A stretch of DNA of 64,000 nucleotides from assembly GCA_951406725.2 (NCBI GenBank), contig OX597820.1:104656001-104720000 (forward strand). The letters run 5' to 3'. The notes beneath the pieces are model-generated. The model was not told the DNA's origin. It saw only the letters and a program-made list of their open reading frames with translations, and made no database searches. The DNA comes from Octopus vulgaris. Taxonomy: Eukaryota. Below are positions 1 to 16,727 of the stretch, piece by piece. Position 1 is the first letter of the stretch. Each line of letters starts with the position of its first letter. Both the position numbers and the translations under genes were made by a program.

Positions 1-309
1 CTGGGGATGATGGTGGTAGTGGTGTTGGCAGTGTTCACAATGGCACTGGTGTTTTGTTTGTAAAATTTACGGTAGGTGTTACGAACATTTCAAGAATTTT
101 ACAAGATATTTCAAAATAGATTAAGATCAGATAGGCGTTTGTAAATAGCATTCATATTACGTTTCCTTTATATATTTTTCGAAAAAAAAACTATTTTACG
201 CATTTTATATTTTTATCTTTTTGTTTTTGTTTTTAATATCAGAGATTCAGAATGGGCAAGAGCAATTTTATGAAATAATTTTTTAAATTAATATATTTCT
301 TAAGCAGAC

Positions 310-311
310 TA

Positions 312-399
<88 letters not shown>

Positions 400-426
400 G
401 TGTGTATATATATGTGTATATATACA

Positions 427-479
<53 letters not shown>

Positions 480-574
480 CTATATATCTATATATATATG
501 TATATATATATATATATATATATCTATATATATATCTATATATATATATCTATATATATATGTATATATATATG

Positions 575-606
<32 letters not shown>

Positions 607-698
607 TATATATGTATATATATGTGTATATATATGTATGTATATATATATATATATATATGTATTATATATATGTGTATATATATATATATATATAT
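310..698. repeat. Compound (TA)n/(TG)n microsatellite
   Basis: Read directly from sequence; source of the spurious YI/CV ORFs. Many similar tracts occur throughout the window. Confidence 0.95.
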
Positions 699-1789
699 AA
701 TAAATTAATAAATAAAACATATGCATATATACATACATATATGTACGTACCTACCTCTACATGTATATATACACGCATATATAGGTACAGGACACCAAAC
801 AACGTCGAACACAAGGAGAAACGAAAACATAAACACAAAATCAAGGAACTGGACATTTTTCTTAAACAACAAAAAATAGAGTACAGGACAAATACCACAA
901 GGAAAATTCCCCTTCTTCAGTCGCCATGGTTTCATCTATTCTGCGTTTCGAAGGTGAAGGCGATACGCATCTTCAATAGAAACGTTCCTTCCCGCGAAAA
1001 GCAAATTAAATAAAATTTGAGATCTTTTTGCGCAGGGGTAACAAAAACAGGACAGAAACGACAGTACAAAATATAAACAGTAAAAGACAGGACAAGGAAA
1101 ATAACAAGACAAGAAGGGCTGTTAAGCCGAACGAGAAAAAGTATTACGAACGCTATTTTTGAGAACGGCGAAGGAGCAACAGAAAATGCCGTCCACACTT
1201 TAAGGAAGTCAGGCCAGAAAGACAGTAGCAGAGCTCTCATCGCGGGTCAACGACGGGAGGGAGGTGGAGGAGAAAGAGAAAGGGAGAGAAAAAAAGGGAA
1301 TGGTTGTGAGGAAACCAGAAAGAATGAAGAATGATATATATATATTTGTTGTGCAAGATTTTTATGTGAAATCGTGTGTTGAAACAGATATTGTTGTATT
1401 TCGGAATGGTCATTTTGCCAGTTTAGCCAAATACACGTACTATATATTTGGTGTTACTTTGCTTCAGTGTTATTTATTTTTTACATTAATCTTAATCTTA
1501 TTTCGGCCAGAGTTCTTTCGTCACACTCCTGTGACCGCATCAATGGTCCTTTGCTTTCTTCTTTCTAATTTGTGTGTCTCTCCTTACTAACCGTCAGCCA
1601 TTTTGTATTTCTATTGTATGTGTCTTCATTTGCGCATGCGTATATCTCTACGTGCGTCTATGTTTAGTTAGTGTGTGTGTGTGTGGGGGGGGGAAATGCC
1701 TGTAATATTTGTATCTTCTGTTTATATACGTTCGGGTAATTTGTTTTTGTTTTTGTTTATTCTTATTTTGTTCATGTGTTTACACCCAC

Positions 1790-1853
<64 letters not shown>

Positions 1854-2212
1854 CATCATTATCATTATTATTATTATTACGTATGCTTGTATCTATATAT
1901 GTATTTATGTATAACAACAATATTAGTAATAATAATTTATATATATATAAGTATGTATGTATGTATGTATATATATATATATTATTCAAAGAAATTCCAA
2001 CTCTGTTTTTTTATGTTTTATTTATATTTTTTATAATATTAATGTTGAATATAGAATATATAGTATAAATAATATATATATATATATAGTAAAATGAAAT
2101 GAAGTATTGATTGTCTTATTGAAATAGATGAATATAAAATATTAAGAGACTAGTATACTTTCTTGCATTATAGCAGTCTTCAATGTCCCAGGTTGTGACG
2201 GGAGTGTTTCAA

Positions 2213-2672
<460 letters not shown>

Positions 2673-2695
2673 ACACATGCACATAATTATATATA

Positions 2696-6292
<3,597 letters not shown>

Positions 6293-6294
<2 letters not shown>

Positions 6295-6630
6295 GATATC
6301 GATCTAATGCATCACTACAAACAAGCTACTAATATCTTCATGCTTTACGATACTTTAAATTGCCATAGTTATAAACTACACCATGTGTCTCCACTCGACC
6401 TTCTTTTTTGATATTTTCTACAGCGACCTATTACCAAAAATAGGGTAAGTTTTGTTTTGTTCGGTAACTGAGATATCTGAAGTGTATGAATACATTTTGT
6501 TTCAATATCTGTTTAGTTGAATTCAGAAATAATATTTTTATTCTCAAGAAACTGAAAATGAAATAACAGTTTTCTACTTTCTCAGAAAGTGAAACAACTC
6601 TTACTTTCAATTGAATTATATATACATACA
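6293..6630. repeat. Dispersed ~340-bp repeat, copy 2
   Basis: Matches 2335-2672. Confidence 0.85.
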
Positions 6631-6664
6631 CGCACACAGAAGGGACAAACAAGGACAGACAAAG

Positions 6665-6830
6665 CGTTTAAGTCGATTCCATCGGCCCCAGTGCGTAACT
6701 GGTACTTAATTTATCAACCTCGAAAGGTTGAAAGGCAAAGTCAACTTCGGCGGAATTTGAACTCAGAACGTAACGGCAGACGAAATACGGCTTCGCACTT
6801 CGCCCGGCGTGCCAACGTTTCTGCCAGCTT
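6665..6830 (-). mobile_element. SINE with Meta-like central domain
   Basis: Minus strand reads tRNA-like head, GAGTTCAAATTCC B box, then GCCTTTCA(A/T)CCTTTCG.GGT.GATAAATTAAGTACCAG. Related copies at ~19040-19220 (+), 19300-19480, 20620-20805, 20880-21040, 33245-33445 and 52705-52918. Confidence 0.7.
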
Positions 6831-7626
6831 TTCATGCATACATATGTCAAAAGGATGTGTTATAATACTGTTCCACAGCCATACCAACAATCCAACATAC
6901 CTCCATCATCAGCTGCTGCACGGATATCATTATGGTTTCGACACCTGGGCAGTACCGTTCAATCCGGCGGTGTCAACACCACTAAAGTAAGTGTTGTTTG
7001 GGAACAAACAAACCAAAGAAACCACAACTTCCAAACACATTTAGCCAATGCACAGCCATATCGATAAATAAATTCCATAAGTAAATTACAACCCCTCCTA
7101 AATACGTAACTAAACAGCGACAACTCTATTAAAACATAAAAAAATTATAATCCCTACCGTCTTTTGTAGTGTAATATAAACCTAAAGCTGAAAAAACCAC
7201 ATTTCAATCAATCAATATATAGGCAGAATTAAACACTAACCTTACTATAACTACAATAAGAGACACTTAAACCAATGTACATTGTATTGGTATTAATAGT
7301 AAACTGCAATAACTAAATTATATGCTAAATTGCGATCAATCTTTAAGTCCATGCAAATAATAATCCCACCGGTATTCTATAGATACAACTATAATGCAAG
7401 TTCATACCTTATAAAAAATATTCCTAAACAAAACATGACTTAAATTAATTTGACTAATATTTTTATGAGTGAAATACATTATTTCATCATTCAAAAGTTA
7501 ATAATAAAACTCTACATACTCATTAATATATCACCAATATAAGTTATATTAAATTACCAGTGACTAATATACACTTAAATTTCATTAAATAGGAACTAGA
7601 CAGACAGGCAAACAGACAGACAGACC

Positions 7627-7805
<179 letters not shown>

Positions 7806-7839
7806 GTATCTGCATATACTCATATATTTGTAGAGAGAA

Positions 7840-8465
7840 AAGGAAACCATGATGGTCCTCTGGAGGACTTTCGTCCTCAGCCGTTTGGATCACTGCTCAC
7901 AACTTTGTTCACTATACAGTGTAAAATTAACGACGGAACACGAGGCGATCGAGCGAAACTACACAAAGAAGATCGACACAGTACGTCGTATCAGATACTG
8001 GGATAGACTGAAAGAGTTAAGACTACTCAAAAACGAAGGTGGGAAAGGTATACAGTAATATATCTGGATGTTCCTAGAAAAGATTGTGCCAAACTTTGGC
8101 TTTGTCAGTTACACAAACTGCATAGTACCAAAAATCCCAACATTGCCATCAGGATACAGGACCAGATACTACAACAGCTTGGGCTTCAAGGAACCACAGT
8201 TCTTCAATATCATCCCGTAAAGCCAGAGAGACCTGCATGGCGTGGATGTAGACGTTTTCAAAACAAAACTGGATCTCCTTCTGTCAAGAGTTTCGGATGA
8301 ACCTACCTCAAGGCAAAAAACACAGATGAGGGCGACAACGTCAAACTCCCACATCCAACAAATGTTACATATATCAGAAGGTTTAGTGAAAGTCTAGCAA
8401 AGCAAACGGTAGTGCCCCAGCATGGCTGCGGACTCAAACTAAAATAGGAAAAAGATTTAAAAAAT
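7840..8465 (+). mobile_element. CR1/L2-group LINE 3' fragment (degenerate)
   Basis: Translation [18 protein letters not shown]...YWDRLKELRL...FKTKLDLLLSRVSDEP is typical of the C-terminus after the RT domain; followed by a 3' tail GGTAGTGCCCCAGCATGGC. A second 3' piece lies at 41669-41880. Confidence 0.7.
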
Positions 8466-8518
8466 GATAAACTATATATGTATAAAATATGTGTGTGTGT
8501 ATACATATATATATATAC

Positions 8519-8550
<32 letters not shown>

Positions 8551-8559
8551 ATACATATA

Positions 8560-8611
<52 letters not shown>

Positions 8612-8642
8612 CATACATATATATGTATTACATACATATATA

Positions 8643-8843
8643 TGTGACCTCGCGTGTACCGTTGGCGATTTTTTTCCCTCTGTCTTCCCTTCTCTGGATC
8701 TTTCCTTCTCCTATATTTCCGACGAAGACCTCCGCTCGAAACGTTAAACCCTCCTTCTTTCCTTCTTTCCTGAGCGTCCAATAATACTATATTTGTTCCA
8801 CGTCCTCGCGTTGTTGTGTTTTTTTGTGCTTTCTTGTTTGGAT

Positions 8844-8850
<7 letters not shown>
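8643..8850 (+). mobile_element. Penelope-like terminal-repeat fragment (tentative)
   Basis: Motif GACGAAGACCTCCGCTCGAAACGTT; similar motifs at ~19870-19900 (+) and ~53555-53580 (-); embedded in (TA)n. Confidence 0.35.
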
Positions 8851-8897
<47 letters not shown>

Positions 8898-8979
8898 ACT
8901 TACTCGCTACAGAAAACACGTAGAGCTGAAATCGAGGAAAGCTTGCCCCAATTTTTTTTTTTTAAATCTTCCTTATTTC

Positions 8980-9364
8980 TATATTGAATCAATTTCGGAA
9001 TTAATCTCATAATAGATTTTTTCCTCTTCAGTAGGAAATACGAAACGACATAAATGAAATACTTACAAGCGCCCATGGAAAAAAGCCGAAGCAAAAATCA
9101 TGAGTACATATAAGTACCCCAGATATATCTAAATATAAAATCCTTTGATCAGCCTCAGCACACGTGTGAACTGTTCCCCACTGTGCTGAGGCTGACCAAA
9201 GGATTTTATATTTTGATATCTCTGGGGTACTTATATGTACTCATGATTTTTGCTTCGGCTTTTTTCCATGGGCGCTTGTAAGTATTTCATTTATGTCTTT
9301 TCGAATTTTCTACTGAAGAGGAAAAAATCTATTATGAGATTAATTCCGAATTTGATTCAATATA
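8980..9364. repeat. Fold-back inverted repeat (~183-bp arms, 19-bp loop), MITE-like
   Basis: 8980-9162 is the near-perfect reverse complement of 9182-9364; mirror ORFs 8900-9094(-) and 9250-(+) confirm this. Confidence 0.9.
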
Positions 9365-9388
9365 ACGAACTTAAAAAAAAAATTAGTA

Positions 9389-9429
<41 letters not shown>

Positions 9430-9699
9430 CGTACATACATACATATATGTGTGTTTATATGTATGTATGTATGCATGGGTGTATACGATATGTGTGTATA
9501 TGTATTTATGTATGTATATATGTATCTATATACGTATGTATGCGTGTATTCTTTTATTCTAATTGTTTCAGCCATTGGACTGCGACCATGGAGAAACCAC
9601 CTTGAAGGATATAGTTGTACATATTGAACCTAGGGTTTTTTTCTTTCTACAGATTCTATCGACTACTTTTGCCGAATCCCGATATTAGAGAAACGTAAT

Positions 9700-10650
9700 A
9701 TTACATGTTTGAAGGGTATGCTTTTGCAGTCCAGGAACAGTTATTATCAACCAAGTATATGATGTACAAAAGGATAGAGATGCAGAAAAGCCGTAAAATG
9801 TGACAACCGATGCAGACTTTGTGGAGCTCACACTGAAGATATCGCCCACATCGTAAGCAGTTGTCTGAACAAGTCATCACGGTATTATCTACCGATGAGA
9901 CATGATGTTGTAGCTAGGACACTCTATAATGAAATCCGTCGGAAGGATAATCCAGAGGACAAAGAAATTAGAACCCACAATATGATAAAGCCATAGCCAC
10001 TCATAATAAAAAAGGAATACTGGTGAAATGTACCAGTGAAAACCTCAATAAAATGTAAGCACAACAGACCTGATATGATGATTTGGGATAGAGAAGAGAA
10101 ACTGTGCACAGTTGTGGAAATTAGCTGCCCAGCGGATGTTAACATAAAGTTGAAGATCAGTGAAAAAAGGGAACACCTATGCTGAGCTATTGAGGGATCT
10201 GCAGTTACTCTATCCAGATTACAAGTTTAAGTTTATACCTGTAATTATTGGGGCCCTGGGATATCCAACACATTGCCTAAATACCAAATCTCTCAAAGCC
10301 AGAAAGGAGAAAGCTACTTCGAAGACTACAGATCCAATCCATCACTGGAACTGTAAAAATCTGTAAAACTTTCCAGAAGTTTATCCTTTAAATGTAGATG
10401 AGCATGTCTAGATATGCAACTATACGCATGAGAATACATACATAAAACATATAAATCTTCACATACATACATGCATACATACATACATACATACATACAT
10501 ACATACATACATACATACATACATACATACATACATACATACAAACAAAAATACCTTGTTGTTGATGTTGAAATTCCAATGAAGGAATTAGGTTAGAAAC
10601 CGGTTCTTTCTCTATTGGCAAGAAATCGTGAAATATACTGAATAATGACA
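9700..10650 (+). mobile_element. R4/Dong-like (restriction-like endonuclease) non-LTR retrotransposon, 3' fragment
   Basis: Frameshifted translation includes FAVQEQ, CRLCGAHTEDIAHIVSSC (CCHC), RHDVVA, HNRPDMMIWD...VEISCP (PD-(D/E)xK-type RLE) and PVIIGALG. Confidence 0.75.
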
Positions 10651-10996
10651 TACATACATATATACATACATACACACACTCATACACACGCAATATTACC
10701 TTTCTCTAATATCGCGAACGTAAGTTGGTTTTGAACTGAATCTGTATAGCTGTATAACATCTATCATTTTTTCAGGATAACCTTTCACTTTTGAAATGGA
10801 ACAAAATATGTTTGATATATTGATTACTATAATTTTTAAATCGATTATCGTTTCCTTTGAGTTTTCTATATAAACAGTATATATGCTAGAAGCTAACCCA
10901 CTATTTTACCACTAACAACTGGACCTTACTACATTGATACATGTGCATAAATACATACATACATTCATACACACACACACACACACACATACTCAT

Positions 10997-11092
<96 letters not shown>

Positions 11093-11133
11093 GGGGAAAT
11101 AGATAGATAAATAGATAGATGGATGGATAGATA

Positions 11134-11328
11134 AGTTTCTTTATTGGCCACACAGGGCTGCACACAGATGGGACAAATTACAAGGTAGAGCTTTTCTTTT
11201 GGGGGATGAAAAAAAAAGTGTCGTAGGTTTTCGATCAAAAGGGATCGTAAAAGGGAAAAAAGGAAAAAAGAAAAAAAGGAAAAGAAACAAAACAAAAGAA
11301 AAAAGAAGAAAAAAGAGGAAAAAAACAC
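11134..11328 (-). mobile_element. L1/Tx1-type LINE, 3' UTR-only copy in (GATA)n
   Basis: Same 3' end as 29293-31652 and 58323-59583 (...CCCTGTGTGGCCAATAAAGAAACT on minus). Confidence 0.8.
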
Positions 11329-11392
<64 letters not shown>

Positions 11393-12478
11393 TAGAGAGG
11401 GATGCGCGCGCACACACACACAGACATATTTCGTTTAGGCATCGCGAGACTAATCAACCGATGTAGAACTCAATATACGTATGCTTCAGAGAGAAGCGTT
11501 GGCTGAGTATAAAGGAATGAATGATTATCTTATGAACTTCATCAGCATACAGCTGTTTCTGCTATGAGATGTAGTGGACTCATAGTTGTATGACTAAATA
11601 ATACCTTATAGCTTCATTGGAGCCTCGTATATCGCGTTCAGTTTATTTGGGAAAGAAACAATACTTGTGCATACGACTGTTCAAATGACCTGGAACTCGC
11701 AACCAACACCCATCATACATTACGTCTTCCTACAGCATATCCTTCGATGTAACTCTTCCATCTTTTCATTTTCTTCATTTCCATTCTTGCATCCAAAGAA
11801 AAGTTTAACCAGCACTTTTTACTGTCACATCTTTTACTTCTTTCAGTTATTAGACTGCAACTATCCTGGGGCGCCACTTTGAAGAATTTTAGTCGAACGA
11901 ATGGAACCAATACTTATTTTTAAGCCTAATTCTTTCCTTTCTTTAACGAACTCACTAAGTTACGCGGACGTAAACATATTAACACCGATTGTCAAGCACA
12001 GTATCTGTTTAATCTGCTCATTGTATACTTATTTTATTTTCTCTTTTTGATTCTTATATATGAATTTTATTTATGATTAATTGTTAGTAAGTTCATTACA
12101 TATAAGAAAACTGTCCTTGATTCTAAATTATTTTAAATCACGATCTCTCTTGTACGCTACCAGCTACAGGCAAGCGAAACGGAGATTAAAGAACGAAGTA
12201 CATCCTGAAAAGTCACCTGATGTGGCACATCTGCACCGAATAATGCACCACAACCAGTAGTACAGAATCTCACCCACGAGGGATCGATGGACGATGGGTT
12301 GAAACGATTGTAGTGATTAGTAAAGAATCTCGTGAATTCCATTTTCTCTTTCTCTGATATATATGTAGGGTGTCCCAGAAAGATTTATCCACTTTTAAAA
12401 CTTTTCCTAAAGAATATCAGTTCTGGTAATATTATTTACATTTTACGTAAAGATTTGCATATGTTTTTTGTTCATGTG

Positions 12479-12740
12479 TGTAGTATGAATGGTGAAAAGA
12501 GTACAACAGAACAAGGAAGGAATGGAATGCAATTGGGTCTTACCTAGCCGGAGATGAACTTGGATCGCCTTTCGCCAACTCGCTCGTGTCGTGTCTTCGT
12601 CGTGTCTGAGTCAACTGCTCGATGCCGCACGTGCGTTCTGCCTGTCACTTCCGCTTCCGCCGGCGCATGCGCCCTGCAAAGCCCTGCAAGCCCCACTTCC
12701 GCTCTCCCCATCCGTCACACTCCCTCACCATCACACCACA
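12479..12740 (-). repeat. 3' LTR
   Basis: Direct repeat of 16466-16727. Confidence 0.97.
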
Positions 12741-12775
12741 CGCCCCCTGATCTATAGATCACTGAACCGGCTTCC

Positions 12776-15688
12776 TCACTCGCTCCCGCACCTGAAACTG
12801 GTTTCATAATCAGCCAACCAGGGAGGAGGGTGCCGCTCCCTCTGTGGTCGCAGTGCGACCCTAGGACTTGTTTCTGGTGTGTTGCTGCCGACCTCGTCAT
12901 CCTGTCTGTTGTTTTCGTCTTGCCCACTGCTGCTTGTCCCATCCTCTGGGGCATGGACAATCCTCCGTATGTCCAAAACGTGGCGTGGCATACCATCGAC
13001 CGAGATGTTATTCTTTGAATTTACGGATGTTATTGTCCCCTTTCCCCATTGCGATGTACACCGTGCGTTTGGGGGTTTTACCCAGACTTCCTCCCCGACC
13101 TGCACGAAGGCGTGCTCTTCCTCTGCCCCGGGTCGCATTGATGTAGTACACGGATGCCTCCACTCGTACCTGAATATTGCCCTGTGTGGTACCGACTCCT
13201 CAGCCTGTCCTGATCTGGGCGACATATTGTACCAAAACACGGCCTCGACTGGTGAAATGTGACCCCTCTCTGCCATGGCCTTGATGGTACGATGATGCCT
13301 TTCCACCACCCCGTTTCCACTTGGCCGGTATGCCGCCCTGAAGAAGCGGTTGACCTTCCACTCATCAAGCATTTCTCTCAGCACATCCGAGCGAAATGCA
13401 GTGCCGTTGTCCAGAAGCAGTTCATCCACGGGGCCTCATTCCAGGAATATCTCCTTCAACACTTTCACAATTTCTTCTGCGGTTCCCGACTTCATCTCCC
13501 TCCATATGGCGAACCGCCCCGGTCTGCAGTCAACCATTGAGAGGTATGTCCCCTGCCGGTAGTGTGTTATGTCCACCGCCAGTCGTCTCCAGTCCTGGTC
13601 CACTGGAATACTTCCCGCTTCATGCACGACCGGAGCAGGGTCGATGGACTGGCACCTGTCACAACTGCTAACCACTCTCTGCACGCTCCGTCTTGTTACG
13701 TCGAAGTCAACTTTTCTGGCTAGGAACAATGTCCTGTCCACACCCATGTGATGCATGGTGTGCAGTCTCCGTAACTCCGAGTCGCTCAGACGGCATACTG
13801 CAGCTACATCCTGCTTCGCATCCTCTGGCACCTGCAACCAGGCTCGCTTTACCCTGGTCAGGACGTCTGCCCTGTTCTTCTCGGAAGGCACAAAGATCAC
13901 GCTCAGCCTCAGATTGAACTCAGTGGTTAGTTCACGCAGTATTCCTAATCGACGCTTTACCAGCATCTCTGCAGCCCCTTTGGTCCGCACCCTCCGCTCA
14001 TCGGTGAATACTGCTGTCGCCCAACCAAGTACAGTGGCCGAATCAGTCCTGATTTCTATGGTGTGCAACCCCCACTTCAAGGCTAGGTTCACCCCCTTCA
14101 GCACGGCATCCAACTCCGCCACGTTGATATGATTGCAGTCATCCATCTTCCTGAGCCAGGCCGCATCTTCCACCGTGACACCTCCCACTTCCAAGACAAC
14201 CCCTATTGCGATGCTACTGGCGTCACACCATACGATTCCGCTCTTTGATTTGGGAACATACCAGCTGCCCCTCACTGGGTCCTCTGCTCCTACTCTGACC
14301 AAGACTTCCTGCATCATGTCGATCGTCCTCTCCCCCACTTTATCATTCCACTTCACTCCTTCGGCTCGTCTCTTGATGAAGCTACATGCTGTCCGGAGCC
14401 AGCCTGCAATCGGGTAGTGTCCCACCAGCTTCCCACACAGAGAGAACAGTTCCCGTCTACTCATGCTGGCGCCCAGTTCAGGGACCTCATTCCCTCGCCG
14501 GAACACCAAGGCGCCGGCCTTGTCTCTCCATAGCTTGAGGCCCAGTGCAGCACCTCCCTCCATAGCCTCTGGCGGCTTGGCGATCAGTCCAAAACTCTTC
14601 AGGTGGCCTATGACCTCCGTTGCTGGTATCACGGTTTCATCCACCAGAATGTCGTCGATGTATGAATTGGTGGCCCTTTTTACTCTGTCCACCTTCCCCA
14701 GGATGGCCTTGAGAATTGTTGCCATAATCTTCGGCGCTGAATTCAGCCCGAATCCCAACCTGGTCAGACAGTACGTCCGGCCCCTATACCTGACGAGCTG
14801 GTACTTCCATAGTTTCTCAGCCACATGCACCTGAAGGTATGCCGACTTTAAATCGACAATCGTGGAGGCCCCTGTCGGCTGCCTCCACTCTCGCAAGGTG
14901 TCTCCGCAGACATCCGTGGCCTCGCCGCCTGTATGACACGACACGTGGTCATTCAGCTCTCGGAAGTCGAGCACTGGCCTGACCTTACGCTTTGTGGGCT
15001 GTATCACCGCCATCAGTGGCAGGACTCCGCTCTCTTCTTTTTCCCAGGGGATCAGTATGCCCTCCTTAATCCACCGCTCCACCTCCCCCTCGAACTCACT
15101 TCTGGCATCTCCTTTTAGAGTATGCTGATAGCAGCCCACTTTATTCTTTAACATCGGGGGCTCTCCCTTCCAGTGCCACTCCACTGTCCACCTCTCGCCA
15201 TCAAAGACAACCCGAAAATCCTGGTCTTCAATGGTGTGCGCCGCATCCTTTTCCTCACGGTTGTCGTCGGTGCGCGGTCCCGCCCTACACGGTTTCCCCG
15301 CTAACCCAAACGTTACGCCAGCCTCGTTGACGGTGACACCTCCCAAACGGGTGATTGCATCCATCCCCATCACCACGTCGATCTCGTCCACCAAGTGACC
15401 AACCACAATTGCTCGCAACATCAGCTGTAGTCCCTGCACCACAATCTGCGCATCCGTAACCCCTTCGCAGTGAACTTCTCTTCCGTCAACTGCCCTAACA
15501 CTGCTTCCTCCACTCCACGTCTCTGCCACTTCTGTGGTCATCAGGGTCGTCGTACAGCCCGTTTCCACCAGGGCTCGCGACATCTTCCCCTTCACCAGAA
15601 TGTCGACCACAGGTAGCGATGATAAACGCGCCGCTACTAGTCCAAAGGGACAACTACCGGCGCAGTAGTCTCCCGCGGTCCGTTTCCC
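12776..15688 (-). pseudogene. pol: pol polyprotein (protease, RT, RNase H, integrase) with one in-frame stop
   Basis: Protease ALVETGC (catalytic D replaced by E); RT DFRELN, DLKSAYLQ, YIDD; RNase H CDAS, AELDA, TDS, NRAD; integrase HHCC plus LAVD, DNG, VERHHRTIK. TGA at 13438-13436 splits the integrase in frame (EIFLE*GPVDELLLDNG). Confidence 0.93.
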
Positions 15689-16392
15689 CGCAGACACTCG
15701 CTGGTTACATGCCCCGGCTCTCGACACCGGTAGCAAATCACCTCAGGCTTGGGCGACGCGCAGTCACGGACCATGTGTGAGCCTTGGCACCGGAAACACT
15801 GTCCTTTGAACGATCGCACGCGTTCTTTCCTCAGCCCCTCTCCGCTGCTCCTAGCTGGGCCACTTTTCGACGTTACAGTCGCTGCTACCGACGTCAACCT
15901 GCTGCATGAAACCAGTACACGTGCCCGCGATATGATATCGGCCATCGGCATCGAACGCACGTTCGGGAGCTTCTGTAGCTCGACCGACATGATGTCGGGA
16001 AAGCCGGTCACGAACGCTAACCTAACCGTCCGTTCTAGCGACTCTCCCTCATATCCCGCCAGTTTAGCCAGCCTTCTAAGCTCAGCGGCGAACACGTCCA
16101 CCTGTTGCCCAGTCCATCTCATTCTACCCAGCCGAGCGTACGCTTCAAACATTCCTTCCGCGAAGGCCTCCATAAGTCGGATTTCCACTTTATCTGCGCT
16201 GAGTTGGTCCGTCTCCTCCATCTCTAAATATAACGCCAACGCCGGGCCATCCAAATACAACGGCATAAAACTCGCCAGGTCAGCTATACCGTGGAGCTTC
16301 GCCACCAACTTCACCCTCTTCAACCAAGCGACCACATCGGTGTCGCCGCAAAACGGTGTTATAGGCTCGCGTGAAACCATAGCACTCTGCAT
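15637..16392 (-). CDS. gag: Gag protein (251 aa) with two CCHC zinc knuckles
   Basis: Intact ORF with CFRCQGSHMVRDC and CYRCREPGHVTSEC; overlaps pol in the -1 frame. Confidence 0.92.
   Translation of the reverse strand: MQSAMVSREPITPFCGDTDVVAWLKRVKLVAKLHGIADLASFMPLYLDGPALALYLEMEETDQLSADKVEIRLMEAFAEGMFEAYARLGRMRWTGQQVDVFAAELRRLAKLAGYEGESLERTVRLAFVTGFPDIMSVELQKLPNVRSMPMADIISRARVLVSCSRLTSVAATVTSKSGPARSSGEGLRKERVRSFKGQCFRCQGSHMVRDCASPKPEVICYRCREPGHVTSECLRGNGPRETTAPVVVPLD
15647..15688 (-). promoter_or_regulatory. Predicted -1 ribosomal frameshift signal (G GGA AAC plus stem-loop)
   Basis: Slippery heptamer at 15688-15682 in the gag frame (CGG GGA AAC); 7 nt later GGGAGACTACTGCGCCGGTAGTTGTCCC can fold into a hairpin; the -1 frame is pol. 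Confidence 0.8.
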
Positions 16393-16453
16393 AATTTTTC
16401 TATTTTTATTTTTACGAAACCGAGTGATTATTTGCCGGTCCCAGTGATTATTT

Positions 16454-16465
16454 GCCGAAATAGCT
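16454..16465 (-). promoter_or_regulatory. Atypical primer-binding site complementary to tRNA-Phe nt 1-12
   Basis: Sense strand AGCTATTTCGGC directly follows the 5' LTR; its complement GCCGAAATAGCT is the 5' end of eukaryotic tRNA-Phe(GAA) as I recall it. Confidence 0.7.
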
Positions 16466-16727
16466 TGTTGTATGAATGGTGAAAAGAGTACAACAGAACA
16501 AGGAAGGAATGGAATGCAATTGGGTCTTGCCTAGCCGGAGATGAACTTGGATCGCCTTTCGCCAACTCGCTCGTGTCGTGTCTTCGTCGTGTCTGAGTCA
16601 ACTGCTCGATGCCGCACGTGCGTTCTGCCTGTCACTTCCGCTTCCGCCGGCGCATGCGCCCTGCAAAGCCCTGCAAGCCACACTTCCGCTCTCCCCATCC
16701 GTCACACTCCCTCACCATCACACCACA
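16466..16727 (-). repeat. 5' LTR
   Basis: Direct repeat of 12479-12740. Confidence 0.97.

Larger units (their letters stand above)
12479..16727 (-). mobile_element. Full-length compact Gypsy-type LTR retrotransposon (gag, PR-RT-RH-IN)
   Basis: 262-bp LTRs (12479-12740, 16466-16727), TG...CA termini, 3 mismatches by eye; 5-bp TSD ATGTG (12474-12478 / 16728-16732); PPT AGGGGGCG next to the 3' LTR. Confidence 0.97.

Noticed and set aside
239-1013. Long YI/CV/HT-rich ORFs here and throughout (e.g. 18213-18558, 41832-43174)
   Set aside because: Translations of (TA)n, (TG)n, (CATA)n and (GATA)n microsatellites, which lack stop codons in some frames.
9176-9185. CACAGTG (RSS/Transib-like heptamer) at the hairpin loop
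   Set aside because: Single occurrence, no nonamer or matching partner terminus; expected by chance.
15749-16447. Antisense ORFs over gag/pol
   Set aside because: Shadow ORFs typical of GC-rich coding sequence; no recognisable motifs.
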